A stretch of DNA of 64,000 bases from Neoconidiobolus thromboides FSU 785 (GCA_025603075.1 MU626260.1:275380-339379); one strand, 5' to 3'; positions 24,889 to 38,050 are shown, counted from the first letter of the stretch. The notes: generated by a model from the letters alone, not told the origin. Numbers and translations: made by a program.

Positions 24889-27075
24889 TTAATCCAAGTT
24901 AGCTCGGAACCTTTCTACAACTTTTGATTTAATGGCTCCTTTTTTTGAAAAATCGGTTTCAAGCACAGTAATGGCGTCAATAATAGAAATTACATTTTGC
25001 TTAGAATTTTCAATAGATTCTGTTGCGCCTGTTATATCTCCATTTTGAGGAGTAATACTTAAATCCTCATTTTTTAAAAAAGTAGTACTTGTTAATGCAG
25101 GCTTTCTTCCACACATCCATACTTTCTCAGTCTTATCGAAAGAGTAAGTAGTAACTTTATTGACAATCTTTCTCTCACAACTGTCTTCGTTATTTAATTT
25201 AATTCCTTTCAAATTATGATCTTCACTATTTTCCAAGCTTTCAAAATGTCTCTTTAGCCTTTTTTCATCTCTTATCTCTTCATTTTGTAATATAATTAAA
25301 TCCTCCTTTGGATTGTTGGTTACCTTTATTCTAAACATTGGTCTACCGTCTTTATAAGGAGGTGGAGGTAAGTTTTGAGTTTGACTACGATGTTGAGATA
25401 CTGAAATCATTTTTCTTACTAAATCTTCCAACCTTTGCTGTGTAGCTAATGATATTAATTCATAAATTTGAGGATCAATTTTAGTTAGACCATATTGCTT
25501 CACTAAAATATAAAATAAATTTTAAATAAAGGTGAGTATAAAAATAATTACTGATTGGAAGTATTTTTGCTTTTAAAGCATTATTATCTACTAATAATTT
25601 CGGAGCTGTATAGCTACTTTTAGTCCCATAACTCGTTTGTGTTTGATATAAATAGGAACTTGTTAAATGTGAATTTGTTGATTTTAGTATGTTTTCACTT
25701 TCTTCACGAAGATCAACACCAGCAGATCCCATGACGTCAGTCAAAGAATCATAATCAAATCTACGATCGTTGCTAATTTAAAGCGTTAGTGATATTAGTT
25801 TTACTTCAAAAACTGGCTTACTTTGCACTTTGATTGATAGCAGGTTTTGGGTGAACAGGCTGAATAGTTTGAACAGGTTTATTTGGGTTTGAAGAAGGTG
25901 CAATTTTAGGCGGTATATTTGAGGAATAAACAGCTAAAGGACTTGGTTTTGCTGGTGTATAAGAATGTTTAACGCGACTATTAAAATTAATATTAGTTGG
26001 ATAAGGGATCTTATTTGGAGCAATCTGTGTATTTTCGGGTTTGTAAGGTCTAAAATAAACAATAAATACAAAGTTAAAGAATTGGTTTCTTCTTACTTCT
26101 TATTAGAATTGTTTACAGCCTGACTTTTATTATTAGAAGGTTTACTAGTGCTTTGAATCGGATGGTTGTTGGAAGGTTGTGGTTCACTTTGTGCTTGATT
26201 TGGCCTTTTTAGTTGTCCAGGTATGAGTCTTGCAAATAATGGAAATTTGTCTTTTAATACCTCTCGTGCTTTATCAACAAAAGTTTCAAAAACGATTATC
26301 TGCTTGCTGAATTTAGCTATTAAGTCATTAATAGCTATCATCGTCTCAAAAGGCAAAGCCGACATAAAATTTTGAATTTCACTTGGTTTGGCTTAAAATA
26401 TTTTAGATAAATTTCTTGATTTAAATAAAGTTTACCTGTAGTACTTGTAGTACTTTGTGGAGCTGGCTTGTTGTTCTTCTTTTCGCTTTGTATGTTATTA
26501 GTTTGAGCATTGGGCCTGGGTTGAGGCTTAAAATCGTTGTTTGGCCTAGAATTGTAATTTACAAAATTATTCGCCCTTGGCAGTATATTTTGAATTGGGG
26601 GCGTAAATTGATTCATTTGCTGATTAGCTAATGGATTTATGCCATATCCTGAGTTCATAATTTGGTTTGCATAATATGGATTTATGTTATTGTAGCTATG
26701 TAAATTATTCATGTTTTGCATCATCAGGTTTTGGTTCATATTTTGGTTCATACTTTGATAAGGATTAAAAATTATGTGTGATTGTTGCTGTTCTTGATTT
26801 GGAGCTTGGGACTTATCGCTCACATTATTATGGGTGCTAGGTGGATTGTTATCCAAATTGTTACCTACATTGGACTCTGGATTCGCTGAATTATAAGCAT
26901 TTTGATTTCCTGCTTTTACTACTGGATTATTAGTTTCCCCACTCATAAATAATTCCAACTCTTCAGGTATATTATTTAAGTCAAACATATTTTTGTCGAA
27001 GTCATTTTCTATTTGGTCAGCTGAAGGATTATTGCTTTGCTTTTCTTGTGACCTTTGTTTGTTAGTATTGTCCAT
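24889..27075 (-). CDS. TAF4: TFIID subunit TAF4 paralog 2 (multi-exon)
   Basis: DYDSLTDVMGSAGVDLREE; histone fold IYELISLATQQRLEDLVRKMISVSQHR; C-terminal ISIIDAITVLE. Similar exon layout to paralog 1. Confidence 0.88.
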
Positions 27076-28369
27076 TTTATTGAATTTTATAGAAGACTGA
27101 AGAGTAATTTTACTTTTTACTTATTCTATCTCACTAGCCAATTTAAAATGACAAGCTATTGACCAATAGGAAACGAATGATGAAAATCAAATTACAAGTA
27201 CATGTATGACAATAATAGCAATTTTATTAAAAGTAGAAGTATTCTAGTTTAAGTAGAATAATATCGTGAAAATGTATCAGGCATTATTAGAATGAGTCCA
27301 ATAGCATAATTTGTGCGTGTTTTATATTTGATATATATTAGTATTTTGAGGGCTAACCAAGTTAAAACAAATATTAATATACATATGTAGTTTTATACAG
27401 TACAGATAGTTTAAGTGACATCAGTGATTATATTGGGCCTTATATCGATACAGTAATAATTATATTTAACCTTATAAAAAGGATGGAAGTAGCTAAGTTG
27501 GTTAGGACCGAGCCAATATGTGTAGATAAAATAACGTTTGTAGTTACAGTTGGTCTAATATAGACGATAACTCAAACTATAGTACTAAGTTAAATTAAAT
27601 TATAGGAAATCAAGCTAAACATCTAAAAGCAGCAAACTTTATTAATAAAAGATAATTATCATTAAATAAAACTATAAATGATAAAAAACAGTTAGATTAA
27701 GAAAACTAGTTAAAAAGCCTGCAGGTACTTCATTATCGAAGCCACATCCTAATAGAGTTTATATTAGAAGGCAAACTTCTACCATTCGTGGTGCTTATAT
27801 TTGGAAGGTTGAAAGAATAATTCAAATACAAATTGAATCATATAATTTAGCTAATAATCAGGCTTAAAGCACCAACGAAGCCGCTTGTGTCAAAAAAATC
27901 TATGAATAATTCTGATAAGTAGTGTAAAGTAAAGTATATTTTAAATTTACATTAGTATTTGTTTATGTACATTAAGTCGTAAAAGGGAATTAAATACTTA
28001 ACCGTGTTTGTTATTATGAACCATTTAGACATGTTTGTACTACAGGAAATTCACATTCTTTGATTCTTTATTCCTTAATAATTGCTTAAAGGTGTGCCTT
28101 CAAAATTGAAAGCTAATCGGAATAGGAGCAAAGTAACTTTGAAGTAAGGTTCAAGTGTTGGCTAAACCAAAAAATAGTAGTTACAAAGTATAGAATACTT
28201 TATTAACTCATTTTATGGAATCTGTTTGAGTCGATTTTCGAAAAAATAATAAAAAGAAAGCAAAATCAAATAAGCTAATAATTATTAAACACTTGTATCA
28301 AAACAAAAGCAAATTATGGAATCAGAAGTAGTTACGTACTACCAATCAATTATGAAAATCATATTGTAT

Positions 28370-29125
28370 ATATTGTGGCAATCAATTGGGGTGCAAGTAT
28401 ATATACCATCAGGAATTTGTGGGGCTTATAGCAACAATATAGTATTAGTAAATTATTTAGCTTATAGTTGGTATTTAGTATTGTTAAGTTGCGGGGAGAA
28501 TATTTGCTTTCCAGCACCAAAGTTATTGACAGATAGGAATGCTTCAGAAGCAAAGATGCTTGCAATCTTCATGTGATTATTTAACTGCTATTGCTTGAAC
28601 TGAAAATCACTCTTTAAATGAACAAAATGATTTAATAAGCTTGATCCTCAGTTCATGGTTTACTATCGCTAATTACACAGTGAAAGTTGTAATCCTTGGT
28701 TGGAAATATAGTGTCACTGCCTTAGTATCATAGTTAAACCGGAAATTTATCTCATCCTGCTTATGAAAAAGAAAAAAGTAAAGAGGCGTGTTGAATATAT
28801 AAAAAGTAACATCGATCTTAACTCTAAGAAAATTAAGTTAAAAGGTGATGGCAACGATGAATGGATCACTTTTAATGAATTGGCTGCTTTTTATAAAAAC
28901 AAAATGTTTGAATATTTGAAAGAAGGGTTATGTAATTAACTGACCCTTTTTTAAAAGGAGGATCTAGGATAAAAACGATACTACTCAAAATGAAGCTGGA
29001 TCAACTATAGCAGAAGTTAGTACCTGTTGGATCCAATATGGTTTCAATCAATGTTGCATTAACTGTCTTTGAATCAGATTATTTAAAAAACTTACCAAAT
29101 ACAATATAGTGCTAAGAGCTAAAAC
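28370..29125 (+). pseudogene. TAF4 pseudogene (derived from paralog 2 lineage)
   Basis: Fragments FPAPKLLTDRNASEAKMLAI (paralog 2: YTAPKLLVDNNALKAKILPI), KLDPQ/VHGLLSLITQ*KL*SLV, DLNSKKIKL and VSINVALTVFESDY, with frameshifts, stops and an internal deletion. Confidence 0.8.
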
Positions 29126-29328
29126 CACTTTTAATTAAGGTTTCTAAGCCATGATCTTATCATTTTTTATTGGATGTTTACTAAACGCCATGTTAATTAT
29201 ATTTCATTTAGCCTTGTTAATTGATTTGCTTTTATTATGATTTAGTACCAAATATCAAAATATCAAAATTAAAAAATGCTTTTCAAAATTACTATTCTAA
29301 ATATTATCCTATAATTTGTCTCAAATGT

Positions 29329-30013
29329 TTATTGATACCACCTTTTCTGGAGTTGACTTACATAAGCGTTAATATATCTGTCTTTTTCAAACTGCAGTTC
29401 TTCTAAATATTTTAATTTCTCAATTTCTAATTCATTCTTGAAGTTATCTTTAATTCGTTGTTCGTGGTCTTCATTGACCTTTTCTTTCCTAGGTAAAAAA
29501 CTAGTTATCGTTTTGAACATGGAGTAATTTTCACTTTTATTGTTAGGGGTTATATTCTACATCATTAATTTTAATTTGATAATCTCACATTATAGTACAA
29601 TTACCTTTAATAACGATATCTTTAGTTCAAGTTCTTTGAATTTTGAAGTACTTGTTTCAACTATTTATAATGATTATTTTATAATTAAGCAAAACATTCA
29701 TATTTACTTGTTTCTGATAATTCATTTAACTGCTCTTTCCAGTTTTCATTAACGTTGAGATTACTAACTCTATTTATATCTTCAATTTGTAAACTGGGTA
29801 TTGAGTTTAGAATGTCGGTCAAATTTTCACTCTAATATATTTAGTCAATTTATGAATAACGAATAATTTTACCTGCAATATATCCGTACTGTTCTCAATG
29901 TACATATTTTTTTGTTTATCAGTATCACCACTTAAGTTTGTTACTATTTCGTTGATATCATCTATTATGTCACGCGTTTCTCTTTCTTTTTTTAAAAATG
30001 TAAAGTTATTCAT
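29329..30013 (-). CDS. Hypothetical coiled-coil protein, 4-exon model (~185 aa)
   Basis: ORF pieces 30013-29873 and 29520-29329 can be joined in frame through three short GT-AG introns and two internal exons. Heptad-like E/K/L-rich content; no family recognised. Confidence 0.55.
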
Positions 30014-30282
30014 TTTAAAAAAGATATTAAAGGTTCATTATCTGTAAGTTCTAAAGTGATATTTTATTTTTAACCAATAGAAATTATACCAAATTGCCAA
30101 AATATCTGATATAAAATTGTATACATGAGATGGTTTTCTCAAGAATGAATGATGGTTTCTTGAAAAGATCACTAAAAATCACTTTAACAATTATGATTTA
30201 TCAGCTTCATATATGTTTTATTAAAAATATAAAATTAATGTAGCTAGTTTTAAAATGCTATTTTATTATTTTAAATATCGCT

Positions 30283-31077
30283 TCAACTTTGATAGTCAGG
30301 AAAGAAACAATGTAACGTTCTTATCCTTCTAGCAGCATAAGGATGGAAAACTTTAGAATTTTTGATACTGGGAATAATCCTTGCTTCTTCTCTTTTAAGA
30401 TCCCTTTCTTTTCTTGCAAGTTCTTCTTTTCTAATATTATTATTTCTAATCCTTTCAAAGTCTTTTTTTGCTGCTTCTTTTGCTGCTTTATCTGGATACT
30501 CTTTCTTATCTTCTGGCTCTTCTACCCTTTTATAGGTGGCGTCTCCATCTTCAACAACAGGTACTTTTAGCTGATAACTATGCTTTAGTAGTAAACCTCT
30601 TTTCATTTTATAAGTTAATGTCAGTAGTCTTTCTACGTTTCTATTCTGAAATAAAAAATGAGATGAAAAACCAGATTTTAATCATAGCTTACCAAGCTCA
30701 CAGCTCGACTATTTATTTGAAATTTTTCTTTTTGAATTATATACCGGTTTTTGTTTTCGATCTAAAATGTTAATTAAATATCTAATCAAAACAATAATTC
30801 AAACCTCTGAGCAATTGATGACATCTTCAATACAATTGGTGATACCTCTAAGGATTTCGTTTAGCTCCCAATTTAGTTCCTTCTTAATAGTAACTTTAAA
30901 GATGTCGGAAATATCCTTTTCTTTTTGAGTCAATATTTTTTTCCCACCACCATATTTTTTTGGGTTTATAACATAGTCTGTGGATATTCTTGAAAATTTT
31001 AGAGTCTCTAACACCTCTTGTAAGTGCTTCAAACTCTTTATTGGCTCTGGTTCAGCTTCATGTTTATTTGGGTCCAT
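30283..31077 (-). CDS. Hypothetical protein, 3-exon model (~235 aa) with charged helical C-terminal half
   Basis: ORFs 31077-30799 and 30606-30283 join in frame via two GT-AG introns and a short exon (IENKNRYIIQKEKFQINSRAVSL). No family recognised. Confidence 0.6.
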
Positions 31078-31250
31078 CTAAATTTGATAAAATGATTTTA
31101 ATTAAAATTCAAGCTTTATTTTATGCAATTAATTTTGCAATGTTTAATTTGTTCGGTATCAGTAACCAGTCTATAACTTATCATGGCATTAAATTGTGAA
31201 ATCTATATAATTTAGAAATAAAAATAAACATTTAGCTTTTATATTTAATA

Positions 31251-32204
31251 ATGGAGATCAATGATTTAGTACAGGAATATGACATTTTAAGTGAATTATT
31301 TTTATTAAAGGAATATGATTTGGTATGGCAAGGAAGTATATCGATGATAATGAAAATACTAGCTCTAAAATCTCCAATTGATGAACAGCAATGGCTACTA
31401 CAAGAGTTCTATTCTCAACCTATTCAGCAAGAGGTTAAAAACCATTTCCTACTATTCGGAAATTTATGGTCCTTATTGTTAAATATTATTACTAAGGTAG
31501 ACTCTGAAGCTAAAGAGAAGGAATACGACTTAAAGATGGACTTATCAGACGACGCTATGTTCAAATTGAAGATATTAATATTAAACATGGACAAGACTAT
31601 TTTGGATTTTATTAAACTATTTAATCTTACTTTTTATCCATCCCCATATTCTAAGCCTATGGATATCATGTTAGGAGTATCACTCGTTGCTATTCATAAG
31701 CACCAATATAAAGTGTTGTATGACTTTATAATGGAATATAAACAAAACATACCCAAAGACTTGTTAATGGATGAAGAATATATAAAAAATTACACTTCAA
31801 TTATGGATTTATTTTATTGTCATTGTTTAATAGGATTAGGAAAACAAAAGCAGATCCCAGAGTTATTAGGTAAAGATGATATATTGACAATTAGCACAAA
31901 ACAAGACATAATGCAGTGCATTGAAGCAGCAAATCATCATTACGAAAATCAGAGTGTAGCTAGTTCAACTACCTTCGTTAATGAAGAAATAAAGCCCATT
32001 CCATCAGAAAAAGGCGAAGTCAAAGTAGTAAGAAATTGGCTGCATTATATTAAAAATATAAATAAAGCACATTATTCCTTGATAGCCTTTGTGATGTTTA
32101 TAATTTTAGCGAAGAAATATGCATGGAACAATCCAGCGTTTAAAAGGGTCAAGGTTTGGATCATTAACCTCTTCCTATCCATTAAACCAGCGTTTTCAAA
32201 TTAA
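31251..32204 (+). CDS. Tail-anchored helical membrane protein, PEX26/Pex15-like
   Basis: 317-aa intronless ORF. N-terminal EYDILSELFLLKEY and NLWSLLLNII resemble fungal Pex26 helices; single C-terminal TM helix (SLIAFVMFIILA) followed by a basic tail. Confidence 0.5.
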   Translation: MEINDLVQEYDILSELFLLKEYDLVWQGSISMIMKILALKSPIDEQQWLLQEFYSQPIQQEVKNHFLLFGNLWSLLLNIITKVDSEAKEKEYDLKMDLSDDAMFKLKILILNMDKTILDFIKLFNLTFYPSPYSKPMDIMLGVSLVAIHKHQYKVLYDFIMEYKQNIPKDLLMDEEYIKNYTSIMDLFYCHCLIGLGKQKQIPELLGKDDILTISTKQDIMQCIEAANHHYENQSVASSTTFVNEEIKPIPSEKGEVKVVRNWLHYIKNINKAHYSLIAFVMFIILAKKYAWNNPAFKRVKVWIINLFLSIKPAFSN

Positions 32205-34722
32205 ATAAAAAAGTATGTCATATTTAGATTGTTATAAATCGACTTAAAAAAGTAATATATAAAACTAGTTTATTAGTTTGTAGTAGAATTCTTTATTATT
32301 TCTTCCATATTTAATTGTTCATTCAAATAATTCAACGTTTTTAATCTATTTTTAAAAATTAAAAGGTTTATAGTGTATTAATGTAATTAATTTACGATTT
32401 TAAGATATCATCATTACTAAAATAAATTAATAATATAAAACCAATGAAATATGTATTTACTTTGTATGAACATCGGCATTGGTAGCTTTAATTCTTAACA
32501 ATAAAGTTTTTGTTCTATTTAAATTACTTTCCAACTGAGCATGGTTTTTACACACTTTTAGAATTTCTTCTGATATATCCATATTATCTTTGATGAACTA
32601 AATTATTAGTAGCTATTTTCATTTCTTATTACTCCTTTTACCTCTTTTTCTCTCTCCATTTGATTAAACTTTAAAAATTTATGATTGTAGTTTTTATGAT
32701 TTTTATATAGCACGTGTTATCAAGTTTTATAATTCCTCTTTTGGGCAAATCCATAACAACAAGGGTGTAAAATAATACCAATAACCACTCCATTTTCTGC
32801 CTTTAATAAAACAAACTTTATCATGCAAACAATAACTTAATTTTCTACTAAAGATGAAAGGAGCTTTGTAATTGTCTAATAGGTTCATTTAAATTTGACA
32901 ACCCATCTGAAAAAATCAAAATCAGTGTGTGCTGAAGTGTGGCTGATAAATCCTCAACTGCTGGCTAGCTTTTACTCGAGTATGAAAGGGGGCGCTACTG
33001 ACTTTAATGTCGGTAATAACGAAGGTAGGATTAATGCACATAAATAGCAGTAAAAAGGTTAATGAAAAGATTATCAGGAAGCTTGGAGAACTTCACAAAT
33101 AATTTCAAAGTAATAAAAGTTTGATTGTTTAATGACATGTACGTCAATACAAATTTACTAAAAGTTATTTTTATCTTTTGAGTAAACTTTGATAACATAG
33201 AAAACAAAAAGGAAAGAGTGATATTAGTTATTTTTTGAATGTCAGTGTAGCGGAAGTGCGCCTATTTGTCACCTGTGTGCTTAGGCGACGTGCAAAATTT
33301 TCAAAGTTAAATTCAGAGAATTATTATGCTTTGTTGGTAGAAAAAGATGAATTTATTTTCAAATATTTTATTTATACAACAGTATCATATTTGGATTAAT
33401 GGTATGATCGGGTAAGCCATAAATGAACTAATTAGAATAAACTGATTAACAAACATTTATTTATTAATTTATAGGGTGATATTAAACCAACACAACTTAC
33501 AAAGAGACTAAGTGAAAATTTAGGTACTAAATATTCTTGCCATAAGTAAAATATGATGCTTATCAACCTTTTGCTTCAGATAAGGTAGCTATTATTATTA
33601 CCGTTCTCCTAATCATTTAAGTTTAATCGTTTCATCTGATAAGTTACCCAGAGCGCCTCCTTGATGCCCAAACCCACAAAAAAGTAGTAAAATAAATCCC
33701 ACTTATGAGGCAAACCAGATAAATAAATATTGCAATTGTATTCGTTATTAACTACGACTCAACTTCTTTATCGATAGCTCAGCCTTGCTTCAATTAATAG
33801 CAATAGTTATTTGCAAACCCAGTATTTAGATTGTGCTAACAACCAAGAAAAAGGATTGCAAAAAAAGCTCAAAATTTAATCAACCTTATTTTTCCTAAGA
33901 GTGGTGGGCCAAAGTAAAACGAATTCGATGAATAAGAGTAAGGGCTTCATTAAAGATTGTAAGCAGTTAAAGTTAGATGATAAAAAACGGATAGGAGTAA
34001 TAAAAAAAATCAATAGTCCAAAAAAAGGTTGAGGAACACAAAGAGAAAAAGAAGAGTTTGTAAAGGAAAGATCTTATATTCAGGCAAAAGATGAAGGTAG
34101 ATGAATGCTAACAAAGACAAAAAATAACAAAAGGAAAAGTTCCATAGAAAGAGTTAAAGTTGAAAAGTTATAAAGTGTTAAGGAAGAAAAAAAGTTGAAA
34201 AATACCAAAAATATTGAAAAAAGCAAACACAGTACCATTGATTATTTTAAAAATAAATAATAGCTTGATTATAATCATTTTTAATTTTGATTTTACCTAC
34301 TAATGTATTTGAAATAAGAAACAGCATGTTTTTTTTGTTAAATTATATCTATTTTTTTAAATAATTCATTTTTAGGAAAACAAAGCTATTATCCATATTA
34401 ATGATATTTTATCAAAGCAATAATTATTTTTTATAATTGATATTTGTATAACTATAAAGTGGAATATAAAAGTGAGATAAATGTTTAAAAAGGTAAAACA
34501 GTTATTTGAGTTTACATAATTGGTAGGGTTTAATAATAAAATAAAATTCAACTAATAAGGTTTTTTTGCTGATTGTACAAAAATAATAAGGAAGCTTGAT
34601 AGTATAAAAGCTCAAATGAGAACTAAAAGCCAGCAAGTCGAAAAGCTATATCAATAAACAAAAAAGTTAAAAAAAAACGGATATATTTATTTTTTTATGA
34701 AATAAGGTAAAATTAATGATAT

Positions 34723-34821
34723 GGGGATGTTTTTCTTGATTTCATTACTTTTTCCATTTTTTAAGCGCTGCTTGAGCGGAAAGATTGTTACTAAAATTCT
34801 TAAGCAAAAAAATACATCCCC
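34723..34821 (-). mobile_element. MITE family A copy
   Basis: ATAT|GGGGATG...CATCCCC|ATAT, near consensus. Confidence 0.9.
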
Positions 34822-35181
34822 ATATATACTAAGTAATTTAAAAATATGGTAAAAAAAGATTTACATGATATATATACCTAGTACACAGTTAGAAAAAAGT
34901 TGTTTAAAAATAAAACAAATACACTAATAGAAACTAAAACAAAGATAGAAAATCCTTTAATAAAAAAAGTAATATAAGTGTGAAGTCTGGTTACTCAATG
35001 GTTGAAGTTAAAAGGTCTTAGTTTATGTAACTAAGATAGACTTGAATTGTGAAGAATAGCACATAATAGGCTATGAACTATGTAATACAAACATAATAGA
35101 CAATACTACTGTAAAATCTACGTAAAATCTACATAAAACACTTATCAGGAAAATTTAGTGGCTTTATTGAAGGTACGATAT

Positions 35182-35280
35182 GGGGATGTGTTTTTCTGTT
35201 TAAGAATTTTACTAAAAAAATTTCCGCTCAAATAGGGCTTAAAAAATGGAAAAAGTAGTGAAACCAAAAAAAACATCCCC
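35182..35280 (+). mobile_element. MITE family A copy
   Basis: ATAT|GGGGATG...CATCCCC|ATAT, near consensus. Confidence 0.9.
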
Positions 35281-35340
35281 ATATTATGGAATAATTCAAT
35301 TAAAAAAGCCCCAAGTTATTATGTTGATAAGTTTTTTAAT

Positions 35341-35408
35341 TTATTACTTTTTTCACTTTTTAAGTGTAATTTTAAAAAATCAGTAAAACTTTTAAAAGAT
35401 ATACCCTA
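35341..35408 (-). mobile_element. MITE family A degenerate remnant
   Basis: TTATTACTTTTTCACTTTTTAAGTG...GATATACCCTAT resembles the reverse-orientation core and end. Confidence 0.45.
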
Positions 35409-35922
35409 TTTAAAAAAATTCATAACTTTTTTAAATTTAACCAAATAAAAATTAAAAAACATTATAATTTTAATTACAACTAATAAATTCTTTTGTATAA
35501 TATTAATTTTTTTACGTTTTTTAAATAGGTTAATAGATTCATAAAATGTAATGATTTTATTTTTACTTATCCAGCTATTAAGTTTAATTTTATAATAGAT
35601 TTCAAAAATTTAAATATTTTTCAGCAAATTTGGAACTTTTTTATAAATTATATCTTTAGGTAATGAAATTACAAGATGAATTATACTTCTTTATGGAAGA
35701 AATTTCAAGTTGACTGAAGTATTTACAAGCTAAAAACTGTTTAATATTAGACTGAAAAATGATTTGAATTCAGACCTTAAGGGATTCAAATTTGTTAGCT
35801 TTTTATTTGCTTAATTTTTATCCCATAAAGAATTGAATTTTTTTTTACAAAACACTAAATTAAAAAAATTAAAAAACAACTTCCTTCTTTAAGCTTCAAG
35901 TTAACAAAGACCCTATAACAAA

Positions 35923-37242
35923 ATGAGCGAAGTACAAGATAAATCTACTGTTGAACTCAAAGTTCAGGAATTGAGAGAACAAGAAACGCCCATTATTGAA
36001 AGCAAAGCCAAAGAGTTAAGCGAGCAAGAGTTAGCTAATTTGAAAGTTGATGTAGTTAAACAATTCGAGTTCTACTTTTCAAAGTATAACTTACCCAGAG
36101 ACAAATACTTAAAGAACGCTATTACTAATGACCCAGATTTTAAAGTTGATGTTGACAAAATCTTAAGCTTTAAAAAAGTAAAGAAATACCAGCCATATAA
36201 GGACTTAGTATTGGAAGCATTGAAGGAATCTAAGACACTAGAAGTAAAAGACGAGAAAATAGGCCCTGTCACAAAGTTTGATTTGGAGGTTGATTTAGAT
36301 GAAATTATTGATCGTAGTATTTATTTAAGAGGTTTTGATAAATCAGAGTATTCTCAATTAGCAGAAGAGCTTCATGAATTCATGGCTGAAAAGATTAAAG
36401 AAGTTGGTTCAGATAATGAAGATGCTCTCCCAGAGGAGCAAATTGCAAGAGTTGATTTGCGTACGTATTTTAATAAAAAAACTAATACCAGAGGGTTTAA
36501 GGTAGTTTGCTTTTTATTCATTTTTTCGGTTTATTAACTTTAGGTTTAGGGTTCTGTCTATATTGAATTTATTGGAAAAAAGTATGCTGATAAGTTTTAT
36601 GAATATTATAAACAAAGGGATCTCAAATTCAAAAATATAAAGTTACAAATATTGACACGGTAATATTTTTTGATTTATATGTAATAAAAAATTAATATAG
36701 CTTTTAGTAAGCAACACGAAACAAAAAGTAAAGTAGCAGACACCTATTCAGGTTTTGAATCATGGACAATAGACGGGTTGAACAGAAAAAACATGTTTCA
36801 AATCACTGGAGTCACTGGACATCTCGATTTTGATCCAGCTATTAAGCTTTTTTATGAAACTATATCTGGAATTAACTATATTGTATTTGGAAAAAATATT
36901 TCTGATGACAATAGCCCAAAAAAGATTTATATCATATTACATGAAGATCGTGATACTGAGGTAGCTATGCAAAACTTCAATTCTGTCAAAAGAAAATTAG
37001 GCTATAAATTAAAATCTACAGATGAAGAAGATGTTGAAGCAACTTTAAAAGCTGAGCCATTAAGCGAAGTTGAATTGAGTTCTACTTATGCACTCCAAGA
37101 TGATTTATTAAAAATGAAAATAGTATGCAATGGTAAAGAATTGCACTCCCCAAATAAGGATTTTAATGGAAAAGGACCTAAAGGTTTAAAGCGTGGAAAC
37201 GGTATTAAATTCTCAAAATCCAAGGCTTTTAGAAAAGCTTAG
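35923..37242 (+). CDS. LHP1: La autoantigen homolog (La motif + RRM1 + probable RRM2), 3 exons
   Basis: La motif KQFEFYFSKYNLPRDKYL...ILSFKKVK; RRM1 RSIYLRGF and FKGSVYIEF across an intron; a second RRM-like block and a basic C-terminal tail. Confidence 0.88.
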
Positions 37243-37407
37243 ATGAAATAGTTCCAGAATGAATTATTAATTATAAAATTTTCAAATATCTTTATTGAAT
37301 ATTGTGCTGATGTTTATAGTAATAAAGTATTAAAATAAGATGTGATTCATGTATATGGTTTTTTATTTTAAATTAGTTATTTAATTTGATAAAACGTTTG
37401 AAGATAT

Positions 37408-37507
37408 ATGGATGTTTTTTTTTGGTTTCATTACTTTTTCCATTTTTTAAGCCCTATCTGAGCGGAAAAATTGTTAGTAAAATTCTTAAACCTAAAAATA
37501 CATCCCC
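37408..37507 (-). mobile_element. MITE family A copy
   Basis: Near-consensus reverse core; CATCCCC|ATAT end. Confidence 0.88.
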
Positions 37508-37602
37508 ATATTATAAGTAAATAAAAACAAATATTGTGCTTTTTAAATGCAAAAAGTTAAATAAAATCTTGCATGGAGGCTATTTAATTAAAAAAATCAT
37601 AT

Positions 37603-37702
37603 GGGAATGTATTTTTTTATTTAATAATTTTATTAGCAATCTTTCCACTCAAATAGCGCTCAAAAAAATAGAAAAGTAATGAAATCAAAAAGAAACATCC
37701 CC
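37603..37702 (+). mobile_element. MITE family A copy
   Basis: ATAT|GGGAATG...CATCCCC|ATAT. Confidence 0.85.
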
Positions 37703-37951
37703 ATATATTAAAAAAAATGTTATTTAAAACTTTTTAAACATTGCAGTAATTTTTATTATAATAAATAAATAAGTGAATAATATTAGCTTTCTTATTAGAT
37801 AGTGGTAAATCTTTTAAATATTATAAATAAAAAAATTTAACATTTATTTATAAAAAACTAAAACTATTAAATCATTAAAATTTATTTTAATAGCATAAAA
37901 TAAAACTTATTACAATAGTTTTTAAAAGTTGTCAAATAAAAAGAATTAAAT

Positions 37952-38050
37952 GGGGATGTGGGGATGTTTGGCTCCATTACTTTTTCTATTTTTTAAACGC
38001 TATTTAAGCGGAAAAATAGAAAAAGTAATGAAGCCAAAAAAAACATCCCC
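37952..38050. mobile_element. MITE family A fold-back variant (same end on both sides)
   Basis: Left arm GGGGATGTTTGGCTCCATTACTTTTTCTATTTTT and right arm AAAAATAGAAAAAGTAATGAAGCCAAAAAAAACATCCCC are inverted copies; AAAT/AAAT flanks. Confidence 0.85.

Noticed and set aside
32450-34230. Coding-like fragments on the minus strand, including hydrophobic TM-like stretches at 33620-34230
   Set aside because: Multiple stops and frameshifts, and I cannot assign a family. Possibly pseudogene debris, but not supportable without a search.
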